A program made the translations under genes and the position numbers. The notes beneath the pieces were generated by a model that did not search any database, had not been told where the DNA came from, and saw only the letters and a program-made list of their open reading frames with translations. Shown piece by piece: positions 36,899 through 45,974 of a stretch of 64,000 bases of DNA. Origin of the DNA: Kiritimatiellia bacterium (GTDB lineage Bacteria; Verrucomicrobiota; Kiritimatiellia; RFP12; DVOR01); assembly GCA_031552845.1 (NCBI GenBank), contig JAVBMC010000046.1, positions 863 through 64,862 of the forward strand. The letters are read 5' to 3'. Position 1 is the stretch's first letter. Each line of letters starts with the position of its first letter.

Positions 36899-38572
36899 AT
36901 GAATAGCGACGCAATCAAAAAAGGTTTTCAACGGGCGCCGCACCGAGCGCTCTTGCAGGCGACGGGTGTAGTCAAGCGTAAGGATTTCGACAAGCCGTTC
37001 ATCGCGGTTTGCAACTCCTATATTGACATCATCCCCGGCCACAGCCACTTGCACCAAGTCGGCGCGCTCATCAAGGAAGCTATCCGCGAAGCGGGCGGCA
37101 TTCCGTTTGAGTTCAACACAATTGGCGTGTGCGACGGCATCGCGATGGGTCACGAAGGCATGAAGATGTCCCTGCCGAGCCGCGAGTTGATTGCCGACTC
37201 GGTCGAGACCATGCTGCAGGCGCACCGCTTTGATGCGATGATCTGCATCCCGAACTGCGACAAGATTGTCCCCGGCATGATTCTCGGCGCGCTGCGTGTG
37301 AACATCCCGACAATCTTCGCCAGCGGCGGACCGATGATGGCCGGCAAGCTGAAAGACGGCCGTGCGGCTGACTTGATTACCGTGTTTGAAGGCGTCGCTA
37401 AGTACAACAACAAGCAGATTGACGATGCGCAGCTGTTGGAGCTGGAAGACGAATCCTGCCCCGGCTGCGGTTCCTGCTCGGGCATGTTCACCGCGAACTC
37501 GATGAACTGCCTGTGCGAAGCAATCGGTTTGGCGTTGCCGGGCAACGGAACGATTCCTGCGATTGATCCGCGCCGCAAAGAGCTGTGGAAGGCCGCCGCC
37601 AAGCGCGTGGTCGAAATGGCCAAGGCCGAAGCGCCGCGTCCCCGTGACATCGTGACGCTCGAAGCGATCGACAACGCGTTTGCGTTGGATATGGCGATGG
37701 GCGGCAGCAGCAACACCGTGCTGCACACGCTGGCAATTGCGCGCGAAGCCGGGATCGATTACGACCTGCACCGCATCAACGCGATCTCCAAGAAGTGTCC
37801 GCACGTTTGCAAAGTCTCGCCCTCGTGCTCCTATCATATTGAGGATGTCGATGCGGCCGGCGGCATCTCCGCAATCATGAAGCGCATCGCGCCGATTCCG
37901 GGTCTGCTCGACTTGTCCCGCAAGACGGTCTCCGGCAAGACGCTCAAAGAGATCACCGACGCGGCAGAAATCAAAGACGAACAAGTCATCCACACAATCG
38001 AGAACGCCTACTCGCAGGACGGCGGCTTGACCATTCTTCATGGCAATCTGGCTGAGGCCGGCGCTGTTGTGAAGAAGGCCGGCGTGGCGGCTTCGATGCT
38101 TCAGTTCCAAGGCACCGCAGTGTGCTTTGATTCGGAAGTCGAAGCGGGCGAGGGCATCTTGGCCGGCAAAGTAAAGGCGGGCAATGTAGTCGTCATCCGC
38201 TACGAAGGACCGCGCGGCGGTCCCGGCATGCAAGAGATGCTCGCGCCGACATCCTACATCATGGGCGCGGGACTTGGCGAGTCGGTGGCGTTGATTACCG
38301 ATGGACGTTTCTCGGGCGGAACGCGCGGGGCGTGCATCGGGCATGTATCGCCGGAAGCAGCCGAGGGTGGTTTGATCGCATTCCTGCGTGATGGCGACGT
38401 GATCAAGATTGACATCGTTAACCGCACGCTCGAGGCTGTGCTGTCCGATGAAGAGATCGCCAAACGCCGTGCCGAGGCCGCGCCGTATAAGCCGCGTCCT
38501 TTGACGGGCTGGCTCAAGCGGTATGCCGCCGTGGTCGGCAATGCATCGACCGGCGCATCGCTTAAAGATTAA
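36899..38572 (+). CDS. ilvD: Dihydroxy-acid dehydratase
   Basis: ILVD/EDD signatures ([32 protein letters not shown]). Confidence 0.95.
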   Translation: MNSDAIKKGFQRAPHRALLQATGVVKRKDFDKPFIAVCNSYIDIIPGHSHLHQVGALIKEAIREAGGIPFEFNTIGVCDGIAMGHEGMKMSLPSRELIADSVETMLQAHRFDAMICIPNCDKIVPGMILGALRVNIPTIFASGGPMMAGKLKDGRAADLITVFEGVAKYNNKQIDDAQLLELEDESCPGCGSCSGMFTANSMNCLCEAIGLALPGNGTIPAIDPRRKELWKAAAKRVVEMAKAEAPRPRDIVTLEAIDNAFALDMAMGGSSNTVLHTLAIAREAGIDYDLHRINAISKKCPHVCKVSPSCSYHIEDVDAAGGISAIMKRIAPIPGLLDLSRKTVSGKTLKEITDAAEIKDEQVIHTIENAYSQDGGLTILHGNLAEAGAVVKKAGVAASMLQFQGTAVCFDSEVEAGEGILAGKVKAGNVVVIRYEGPRGGPGMQEMLAPTSYIMGAGLGESVALITDGRFSGGTRGACIGHVSPEAAEGGLIAFLRDGDVIKIDIVNRTLEAVLSDEEIAKRRAEAAPYKPRPLTGWLKRYAAVVGNASTGASLKD

Positions 38573-38615
38573 CAATCGTTAACAGGTTGAAGGCGGCCCG
38601 GCGATTGCGGAATGT

Positions 38616-39557
38616 ATGTTCCACGGCGCCGGGCCGGTTTATTTCATGCGCTATGCTTTGATACGGTCGCTGTGTTTGATGGGCGGGTTTATTGTCGGCG
38701 GATGCTTGCCGGAGCTGGCGGCCTATAAAGATTTAATCAAGCTCGGCCTCGTCGTCATGCTGTTCGCGGTGTATCTGCGGCTCGAGCCTTCGCGCAACAT
38801 GTTTCATGTCAGCCAATTCGCAGCGGCTGTCTTTGGCATTGCGCTCGCGGTGCTGAGTTGGGCGGGACTCACGGCGGCGGATTATCCGGTGCTGGGACAG
38901 GTGGCGTTCTTTATCGCCATCACGCCGACCGCGACGGCGGCGCCGGTAATTGTTGGGCTGTTAGGCGGTAATGTGACCTATACGACGGCGATGTTCATGG
39001 TGTCGAATATTTGCGTGTCGCTCTCTCTGCCGGTACTCATTCCGGTTATCATGGGTACTCCGGCGGTGGGCGTGGTGCATGATGTAGTCGTGCGAATCGG
39101 GACGGTGATTGTACTGCCGCTTGTGGCGGCGGGAACAGTGCGGTTATTCTTTGGCGAGAAGGGTAAAGCGTTGGGACGCGGGCTTGCCCCTGTAACCTTT
39201 TACTTGTGGATCAGCGTGGTCGTACTCATTGCCGCACAGGCGCGGGCATTTTTGGACGCGCAGGAACACATTCCATGGACGCTGCTGGGATTGGTCGGCG
39301 GAATCTCGCTGCTGCTGTGCATCATCAATTTTGTGGCGGGATATCTTTTCGGCCTGCCCAAATATCCGCGCGAGTGCAGCCAAGCGCTGGGACAGAAAAA
39401 CAACTCCTACACCGTTTACCTCGCGCTCACCTATGCCACACCAATCATCGCCCTCGGCCCGACCATCTACGTGCTGTGGCATAATATTTGGAACGCGGTC
39501 CAACTTTACCTCTGCGACTGCAAATCCCCGGTCCCCCGCGTGCCGGAAGAGGGGTAA
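38616..39557 (+). CDS. Polytopic membrane protein, putative transporter/permease (family not assigned)
   Basis: About 310 aa and ~8-10 hydrophobic helices. The start could be ATG 38646. A hairpin (GGCGGCCCGGCG...CGCCGGGCCG) lies just upstream. Confidence 0.5.
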   Translation: MFHGAGPVYFMRYALIRSLCLMGGFIVGGCLPELAAYKDLIKLGLVVMLFAVYLRLEPSRNMFHVSQFAAAVFGIALAVLSWAGLTAADYPVLGQVAFFIAITPTATAAPVIVGLLGGNVTYTTAMFMVSNICVSLSLPVLIPVIMGTPAVGVVHDVVVRIGTVIVLPLVAAGTVRLFFGEKGKALGRGLAPVTFYLWISVVVLIAAQARAFLDAQEHIPWTLLGLVGGISLLLCIINFVAGYLFGLPKYPRECSQALGQKNNSYTVYLALTYATPIIALGPTIYVLWHNIWNAVQLYLCDCKSPVPRVPEEG

Positions 39558-39558
39558 G

Positions 39559-40605
39559 ATGATAAGAGTGCTCTTATTGATTACTTGCCTTTGCCTTTCA
39601 TCCGCGGCAGTGACTCCGTCACCTAATGCCATGGCAGAAGAAATCCGCGCCATTACGCATGATTCATCCTTTGATAGCAACAACAGTAATGATGTTCAGC
39701 GCGTGCTTGATGTATTGTCGACTATTCCCCGCTTCTCGGATATCGAGGTGCACTGGGATCCGAAGTTTGGTGGCTATCGCTTGAACTGGATAGAAATACT
39801 TCACGAGAATCCTTATCTCTTGTGGAACGGAGAGACTAATCATCCTCCGAGAGACGTATTCCAAACAACACACCGCGTGGCATCATTCGCTGAGTTCAGC
39901 AAAAAACTTACTGCGGTGTATGTGTATCGCGGCACGGTCAAGGAGATGATTGAGGTTTGGCATGAGAACCAATGGCAAGAGGTGAAGTGGACGCGTGCCG
40001 TGATGAGTGATTGCATCCGCTGCTTTCCGGAGTTTCTTGCTAGACGCCGCTCGCTGCTGGCGCCTTCGATGCACGCGGATGAATATATTTATCGTTCAAG
40101 TTGGCCGTGGATTGAGGATACGCGTCCGATTAAGCTTGCGCGTTTGGAGCAGGACCTTCAGAGAGAACTTTTGCGTCTGGAGCAGGCGGCTTCCAATCTG
40201 CTTGCTGCTGCGGCGTCCAATCAGTTCCGTTATGTTGAAGATGATGGTGTTAAGGTGACTCGTTATAAGAACTTCCCGCTGAGCGAAGAGATTCCTCTCG
40301 ATGGTAAGCCGCCTAAATGGATTGCGCGTGATCTTCGCTATCTGCGTGATGAACAACCGGCACAATATCGCGAACAAGTGCATATTGTTGTTCCTGCAGG
40401 AGCCGAGGAGCGCGATCCCAACTACTGGCAGCAGCGGTATGAAAGATTATTGTTGGAGAAGCAGCAAAAGGCTGCGACAAATTCATCTCAGGCAAAGCTG
40501 AAAAATGTGAATTTGCAACAGCAACGTGTGCGTCTGGCACCGGCACCTTCCAAAACAGATAGGGCCTTTCAAAAGAGTTCATCAACGCCAACGCCGTTTG
40601 ATTGA
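39559..40605 (+). CDS. Hypothetical secreted protein
   Basis: ATG at 39559 (MIRVLLLITCLCLSSAAVTP signal peptide) directly after the upstream stop. The track's 39229 extension overlaps the transporter in another frame and is rejected. Confidence 0.55.
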   Translation: MIRVLLLITCLCLSSAAVTPSPNAMAEEIRAITHDSSFDSNNSNDVQRVLDVLSTIPRFSDIEVHWDPKFGGYRLNWIEILHENPYLLWNGETNHPPRDVFQTTHRVASFAEFSKKLTAVYVYRGTVKEMIEVWHENQWQEVKWTRAVMSDCIRCFPEFLARRRSLLAPSMHADEYIYRSSWPWIEDTRPIKLARLEQDLQRELLRLEQAASNLLAAAASNQFRYVEDDGVKVTRYKNFPLSEEIPLDGKPPKWIARDLRYLRDEQPAQYREQVHIVVPAGAEERDPNYWQQRYERLLLEKQQKAATNSSQAKLKNVNLQQQRVRLAPAPSKTDRAFQKSSSTPTPFD

Positions 40606-40940
40606 ATTGCCGACTATTATTTTGTCTTTTTGTAGGAGGCACGACAGTCATATTTTTAGTTTTGTGCGCTCGTCGGTTAAATTCGGATGCCATTAGAAAT
40701 TAGGCTTGGTCATTACGTGGTGTCGGCCGCGGGGACTTCAAAGGTCTTAGTCTTACACTTTGTGGTATCAGGAACGATGGTTCTGCGTGCCGTTTCCTGC
40801 TTGACGCAAGGGGCAAGAAATGTTAGACTGAACCAACGGTTTACGGGAGACTGGGTTCCACTGCAGTTTGCTTTTTGGCGTAAAGATGGTTGCGGGCAAA
40901 TGTTCCTAGTGCTAGGCGGAACAATTGGGAGTAGATATAC

Positions 40941-41744
40941 ATGAAGAAGACTCTAATGTGGCGGTATCTGATAATAGGCGGATTTTGTTTGTTGGCTGTG
41001 GCCGCGAGTGGAGTGTGGCTCTGGTTGCAGCATTCAAAGTCTTTGCGCAATCCGCCAACGCCGTCGGTGCAGGGCGTAAATGGCGAACCTGCGGCCCCAA
41101 CACCTGGGGCGCGCAAATCACTCGCTGACCGCCGCAAGGGGAATAAACCGTCTGTCCAGCAGCAGCCAGCCGTCGGGACAGAAAAGAAGAAGCCTCAGCG
41201 GTTCATTATTGATGAGGTGACCTTAACACCGCAGGAGAAAATCATTCAAAGCCGTTTGCAGGACGCGCTGGATAATGAGGATTTTGCAGCAATTGCGGCG
41301 TTGGCGAAAGATCCGGTATTCGCAAAAAATGCGGAGTTGCGCCGTGAATTAATCGCGGCATTGAGCTGGTTTGGCGTACAGTCCATTCAGGAGTTGACCG
41401 CATTGCTGTTTGACGAAAATCAAGAGTTAGCCGGAGAAGCTTTCGATGCTTGGGTATCGGCTCTTGAAGAACTTGAGAATCCAGCTACCAAAATACAAAT
41501 GTTGGAAGCCGGCCTTAGGGCCCTTGTGGATCAAGACAGCATAGATTATGCGATGAGTTTGTACAATGGTTTAGATGATGTGCCAGTAGTGCAGTCATTG
41601 CTTAGGATTATTAATGGCGATAATGCAGAAGCCGCCGCCGCCGCGCGCGAGCAATATAGGCTTATCACAGGCGACGACTATGAGTCGGAGAAGGCAACCG
41701 CCCAATGGATTGCCGACAATACCGAGCCCGCAGAGGAAAAGTGA
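40941..41744 (+). CDS. Hypothetical membrane-anchored protein
   Basis: N-terminal TM (YLIIGGFCLLAVAASGVWLWL). Pro/Lys-rich linker and an alpha-helical C-terminal region. Confidence 0.5.
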   Translation: MKKTLMWRYLIIGGFCLLAVAASGVWLWLQHSKSLRNPPTPSVQGVNGEPAAPTPGARKSLADRRKGNKPSVQQQPAVGTEKKKPQRFIIDEVTLTPQEKIIQSRLQDALDNEDFAAIAALAKDPVFAKNAELRRELIAALSWFGVQSIQELTALLFDENQELAGEAFDAWVSALEELENPATKIQMLEAGLRALVDQDSIDYAMSLYNGLDDVPVVQSLLRIINGDNAEAAAAAREQYRLITGDDYESEKATAQWIADNTEPAEEK

Positions 41745-41840
41745 TTGTGTGAATCACGGCGCGGCGCGTTCAGTCACTCTTCCCCTTGGGAGCGCGGGCA
41801 TTCCTGCTCGCATGATGTTTGTGTGTGCGTCAGCGGGTGC

Positions 41841-41856
41841 GGCGGTTTCGGCGAAG
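41841..41856. repeat. GGCGGTTTCGGCGAAG palindrome-family repeat (5' flank of HU-like copy 2)
   Basis: Same motif as 18075 and 16393. Preceded by GGGTGC as in the 43202 copy. Confidence 0.6.
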
Positions 41857-41920
41857 TCGATGAAGTCGAGTTTGTGTCTCCCCTGAGCGTACCAGCGTCC
41901 CCGCCGGCATTCTTTCCCTC

Positions 41921-41948
41921 TTGACTTATCCCCTTAATCTGCTAAACT
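41921..41948 (+). promoter_or_regulatory. Sigma70-type promoter (TTGACT-N16-TAAACT) for HU-like gene copy 2
   Basis: Nucleotide-identical core to 16588..16615. Followed by a ~250-nt leader about 85-90% identical to the copy 1 leader. Confidence 0.55.
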
Positions 41949-42197
41949 GCAACCCCGTTGACCCCATTGGGTGACTCGTCACTGACGCATGGCGCATACG
42001 AGAATCCAAGCTCCAAGGAGCCATCAACTATAAAGGACAGCCCGTTTGGCCGGCGTGCAGTCCAGATGCCAGGGGGATATCCACCATCGACGCGAGTGCG
42101 TCAATCGGTCTACTTCGGAATCGCCATGGCATCGGGCTGACAGACGCCGCCGGCTGTCAGCTTAACACTTCAAGGCGGCAGTTAGGAAATTAAAACC

Positions 42198-42908
42198 ATG
42201 GCTATTCGATATCACTTAGGGCCCGCGCTGCGGGCGGATCGGGCGGCGGCGGGCGAGATGATTGTGCATTCATCCACCGCACTGCGCATTCAGCAAGAGG
42301 AACTCGCCGACGAACTCGTCCGCCAAGGGACAACCGTGCGCCGCGCCGATGTGCTGGCCGTACTCGATAATCTCGGACTCGCGGTGGGGCACCTGTGCGC
42401 CCGCGGCATTGCGGTTTCAATTCCGAATCTCGGCACCATGACCCCGCGCGCTCGGGGCGTGGTCGATCGCAACGGCGCGTGGGTCCGCCCGCTGGAGGGG
42501 TACTTGACGCTACAAGCCGACCGCGGGCTGGAGGCTGTTTTCAATCAACACGCAAAGTTCCAAGAAGTCCCCCGCAAACCGGTACGCGCCATCATTCGGC
42601 GGATTTTCAACGTAACTGCCGCTCCGGGAGATGTCCGGCTCGTGCCGGGTGATGTGTTCGAAGTACAAGGCCGGCATTTACGGTTCAATGCCGCCGCGGC
42701 CGATGAAGGGATTTTTCTGAAACGCGCCGAGGGTTCAACTACGGAGGAGGTCAAGGTGATCGAGGTTTGGCCCCAGACCCCCTCGCGGGTACTCTTCCGC
42801 GTGCCGACCACAATCATGCCCGGGGACTGGTTATTAGAGGTGCGGGTCCGCCAAAAGGACTGTTCACGCGTAACCGTGTCCGAACCGCAAATTATTTTGA
42901 CCTGTTGA
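42198..42908 (+). CDS. HU-like DNA-binding protein with DUF4469-like C-terminal domain, copy 2
   Basis: MAIRYHL N-terminus typical of Bacteroidetes-type HU_2 family proteins. C-terminal NAAAADEGIFLKRAEG block parallels copy 1. RBS-like AGGAAATTAAAACC precedes the ATG. Confidence 0.55.
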   Translation: MAIRYHLGPALRADRAAAGEMIVHSSTALRIQQEELADELVRQGTTVRRADVLAVLDNLGLAVGHLCARGIAVSIPNLGTMTPRARGVVDRNGAWVRPLEGYLTLQADRGLEAVFNQHAKFQEVPRKPVRAIIRRIFNVTAAPGDVRLVPGDVFEVQGRHLRFNAAAADEGIFLKRAEGSTTEEVKVIEVWPQTPSRVLFRVPTTIMPGDWLLEVRVRQKDCSRVTVSEPQIILTC

Positions 42909-42935
42909 CCGCTCCGTTTATATGTGCGTACGCTT

Positions 42936-43045
42936 CACGGGCTTGCAACCCCGTCATCACGGGCTTCGAACCCCGCGCCCGCGGGCTTGCAAGCCCCACC
43001 CGATGGGCTTATAAGCCCGTGGACGCAGGCTTATAACCCCGCACG
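42936..43045. repeat. Five tandem 22-bp repeats, each a small palindrome (GGGCTTGCAAGCCC / GGGCTTATAAGCCC type), downstream of HU-like copy 2
   Basis: Unit starts at 42936, 42958, 42980, 43002 and 43024, exact period 22. Unit shape nnnGGGCTTnnAAnCCCnnnnn. Confidence 0.8.
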
Positions 43046-43206
43046 CAGATAGTGCGTGTTGCGGTGTTGTTCAACCAGTGCTGCGGCACTTGCGCACGGT
43101 TGGTGCAGTGCGGAATCAATCGCATTAGCCCTGCTGGCTCCATCTCATGACTTCTCCGATTTTCACCGACTTCTTCGATAATGTTGTGGGTGCGGCGGTC
43201 TCGGCG

Positions 43207-43248
43207 AAACGCGCCCTACCTTTTGGAAGTAGGGCTGGCGCGGGCATG
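43207..43248. repeat. Palindrome-plus-hairpin repeat element (GGCGGTCTCGGCGAAAC..GCCCTACC-TTTTGGAA-GTAGGGC)
   Basis: Homologous to 18075..18113. Flanked by ~32-bp direct repeats (approx. 43132..43166 and 43268..43302: C.GGCTCCA.CTC..GACTTC.CCG). Confidence 0.65.
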
Positions 43249-43541
43249 TGTCTGGGAGCGCACGCAGCTTGCCCTACCGGCTCCACTCCACGACTTCGCC
43301 GCTTCTCTCAATCGGGAGTGCGGGCTGAACGTGTGTTAAATTTGGCTTTAGTGCAGAGTTGTATTGTTGTAACGGAGGATGGCTCCCTTGCAGATTCGTC
43401 ATGCCCGCGTGTCGGCCAAAACTTTTCGCACGATACGAAGAAAGGCTTGAATGCAAGCAAAATGCGGCATTTTAAAAGGGATTCAGACGATTTGCGAGCG
43501 TGAGCACACGTGAAAAAAAAAGAAAAAAAAGGATTTTGAAG

Positions 43542-43570
43542 TTGACCCTCTCCTAAGAAAATGCTAAACT
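43542..43570 (+). promoter_or_regulatory. Sigma70-type promoter TTGACC-N17-TAAACT with A-rich UP-like tract; long leader
   Basis: The A-tract at 43511..43530 precedes the -35. The -10 context TGCTAAACT is the same as in the HU-like promoters. About 220-nt leader before ATG 43800. Confidence 0.5.
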
Positions 43571-43799
43571 TACGGCGTTTTCGAAGCACAGGATGATTCC
43601 GGACATGGTGTCCGAGCCTAGGTCAAAGGGTACCGATGGATGTTATCTGAATGTGAATCGAAGGTTACAGTAACTGCCCGACGGCGTCACGTAGCGAGTG
43701 CTGCGAGAGGTGCCGGGAGGCGAAACAACCCTGAGGGGATATCTGCTGTGAGTGAGTTTCAGCAAGCAAGACCTCGGGAAACTCAGGAGTAATTACTCA

Positions 43800-44600
43800 A
43801 TGAAGAAATTAATGGGATTCGCTGCGGCGATGGCACTCGTTGGCGGTGCGTTTGCAGATTGCACTCTGCCGACAGAGACGACCGATGTGGAGGCGCTTGT
43901 TTATGACTTTGCGGTCACGTTGAAGACCACGAAGGCAAAGCTCGTCACGTTGAAGGATACGCAGGTTCCTTGCGATTTGCCGATCGCGGGTGGAGCAATT
44001 GTTTATCGGGACAACGGGGCAACTCTGAAGTATCAGGGTTTCTATTGGACTTGTGATCCGTCTTGTGTTGATTCGCCTCAGTTTGATGTGCCGCCTTATA
44101 CTTTCGAGTATTGGAACACGACAGAGAAGGTGGTCTTGGCTAATGCGGTTAACGCTGACGTCAGCGCGACTGCTCCTACTTGGAGTGTTCTCAACATCAT
44201 TGGTTCGCCCAGCAAGATGAGCAAGGTCGAGGCTGCGTTTGATACTCTGACTTGGACGGATCTCGAACGTACGAGTGCTTCAGTAGCCAATGGTGCTGGT
44301 TTTGGCACATACGATAGCAAGTACAATCGTGTGAAGACAATCAGCGGTTACGTGGTTGCCACTATGGCACCTCCGTACTATCCGCACACTGTTGGCGATC
44401 TTGTTTGCCCGCCTGCAGTTGCGTTTACTCCTTGTTCCTATGACGAGAACGACAATCCGACGGTTGGTTATGGAACTTGGTCGCTTAAGTACAATGCGTC
44501 TGCTTCAAAGAAGCTCGCGAAGATGGGGCAAGTGGCTGGCGTTCCTGCGCTGATGCCGAGCTGGGCACGTGTACAACGTGTGCCGGTCGAACTTGACTAA
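43800..44600 (+). CDS. Secreted Cys-containing hypothetical protein
   Basis: ATG 43800, signal peptide MKKLMGFAAAMALVGGAFA. 266 aa with no recognisable domain. Confidence 0.55.
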   Translation: MKKLMGFAAAMALVGGAFADCTLPTETTDVEALVYDFAVTLKTTKAKLVTLKDTQVPCDLPIAGGAIVYRDNGATLKYQGFYWTCDPSCVDSPQFDVPPYTFEYWNTTEKVVLANAVNADVSATAPTWSVLNIIGSPSKMSKVEAAFDTLTWTDLERTSASVANGAGFGTYDSKYNRVKTISGYVVATMAPPYYPHTVGDLVCPPAVAFTPCSYDENDNPTVGYGTWSLKYNASASKKLAKMGQVAGVPALMPSWARVQRVPVELD

Positions 44601-44630
44601 TTATGTCAAGGCGTGTCATATAGACATGAA

Positions 44631-44668
44631 AGAGGAGTGGATAACTTCCGCTCCTCTTTTTATTTTAA
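44631..44668 (+). terminator. Rho-independent terminator
   Basis: AGAGGAGTGG-ATAACTT-CCGCTCCTCT followed by TTTTATTTTAAT. Confidence 0.8.
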
Positions 44669-44696
44669 TAACTAGGGCTTATCCATAAAACATAAA

Positions 44697-45836
44697 ATGA
44701 GTATTTCACGGGTCATTCAGAAACCGCTAAAGCAGCTGGGAGTGTTTTTATGTTTTTGGGTGGCAGTCATTATCCACATTGGTTGCCGCGAAAAAGTTAC
44801 ATTGCCCGCGATTAATGATGAGGCGGTGACAGCCAGTGTTAAGCGTCAGTTGAATGATTTAACAGCGGATGACATAGTTGTTTCCGTCAATAATGTTCCA
44901 TTAACCAAGCATGTTTTTGACGAAAATATAGCGTTGTACAGGCGTTGCCTCCAGCTACAAAAACCAACAATAGCGGCGACTAAATTGGATCAGGCTGAGG
45001 CACGAAAAAAAACAACGTTGATATCGGAGTTCGTTGTGCGGCAACTATTTTTGCAAGAGGCAAAGAAGCTTAATCTTGTACCGGAACAAGCAGAGCGAGA
45101 GGCATTAGAGATGCAGCAGGTCTCTAAATTTCGAGGCAAGGTTAAAACATTTTCTGATTTGCTTGCTCAATTAGGTTCCCTAGGGGAAATTTTTAAACGT
45201 GAATTTGAGATTGATTTGCTGATGCAAGAACTTTATCAAAGCCAGTCCAATCAAGTGATAGTGACTGATGCAGAAATCGATCAATCGTTGTCTGCTTTGG
45301 CGGAGTATAATCAAATGGCGCAGGCAACGAATAAACAGGTAGTCGCTTTTGGGGCGCAGTTGTATGCACGGTTGCAGGCGGGGGCTGACTTTGCCGAGTT
45401 GGCGGATGAGTTCACAGAGGATGAAACTAAAGAAAGTGGGTATTGGGGGGAGTTCATCCGTGGGCAATTTGATGATGAACAAGTGGAGGCTGCGGCATTC
45501 ACGCTTCCAATAGGTGCCTATTCAAAGCCACTGGATACTGTCAATGGCCTTGTTATTGTAAAGGTGTTGGATCGTGTGGGGGGAGGGGCTGAAGAAACTC
45601 CTCCGGGGGCAATGTTGGGAGAGCAGGTAACTTTGGCGCGAATCTTGAGAAAAATGGCGGTTGTTTGGCCGCAACTTTCGCGGGATGAAATTCAAGATCA
45701 GTTAGTTGCCACAAAGCGAACGAAAATGCAGCACTCCTTGTATCAAAAATTACTAGGGCAGGCACGTATTGAGTACCCAAACGGCACGAATTTGTTTGAT
45801 TCTGCCAGTATTCTTCCTGTTCAGCCAAGGCACTAG
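44697..45836 (+). CDS. Peptidyl-prolyl cis-trans isomerase, PpiC/parvulin-type (SurA/PrsA-like periplasmic chaperone)
   Basis: N-terminal signal/anchor. SurA-N-like helical region. Parvulin domain ADFAELADEFTEDETKESGYWGEF..GAYSKPLDTVNGLVIVKV. Confidence 0.7.
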   Translation: MSISRVIQKPLKQLGVFLCFWVAVIIHIGCREKVTLPAINDEAVTASVKRQLNDLTADDIVVSVNNVPLTKHVFDENIALYRRCLQLQKPTIAATKLDQAEARKKTTLISEFVVRQLFLQEAKKLNLVPEQAEREALEMQQVSKFRGKVKTFSDLLAQLGSLGEIFKREFEIDLLMQELYQSQSNQVIVTDAEIDQSLSALAEYNQMAQATNKQVVAFGAQLYARLQAGADFAELADEFTEDETKESGYWGEFIRGQFDDEQVEAAAFTLPIGAYSKPLDTVNGLVIVKVLDRVGGGAEETPPGAMLGEQVTLARILRKMAVVWPQLSRDEIQDQLVATKRTKMQHSLYQKLLGQARIEYPNGTNLFDSASILPVQPRH

Positions 45837-45916
45837 TTTGTTCAGTCTTCAGCTTTCTAAAAGTTTTGTACGGCATTGCGCGGACAATTTTTGTTTGAGC
45901 GATGCGTTTAATTGAT

Positions 45917-45925
45917 TGTTATAAT
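45917..45925 (+). promoter_or_regulatory. Extended -10 promoter element TGTTATAAT
   Basis: TGnTATAAT about 50 nt upstream of ATG 45975; no clear -35. Confidence 0.35.
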
Positions 45926-45974
45926 GCGTATGCAGAGCATGCGCCGATTGTTGGTGCGGAAGGAGTGGTATAGT

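Noticed and set aside
36152-38575. 807-aa minus-strand ORF antisense to MscS/ilvD
   Set aside because: Antisense artefact of GC-rich coding DNA. Both sense genes carry strong family signatures.
39229-39558. 5' extension of the 39229..40605 ORF overlapping the transporter gene in another frame
   Set aside because: A signal-peptide-bearing start at 39559 directly after the transporter stop gives a clean non-overlapping gene model.
42767-43036. 89-aa ORF overlapping the 22-bp palindromic repeat array
   Set aside because: The amino-acid periodicity simply mirrors the DNA tandem repeats. Interpreted as a non-coding repeat array.
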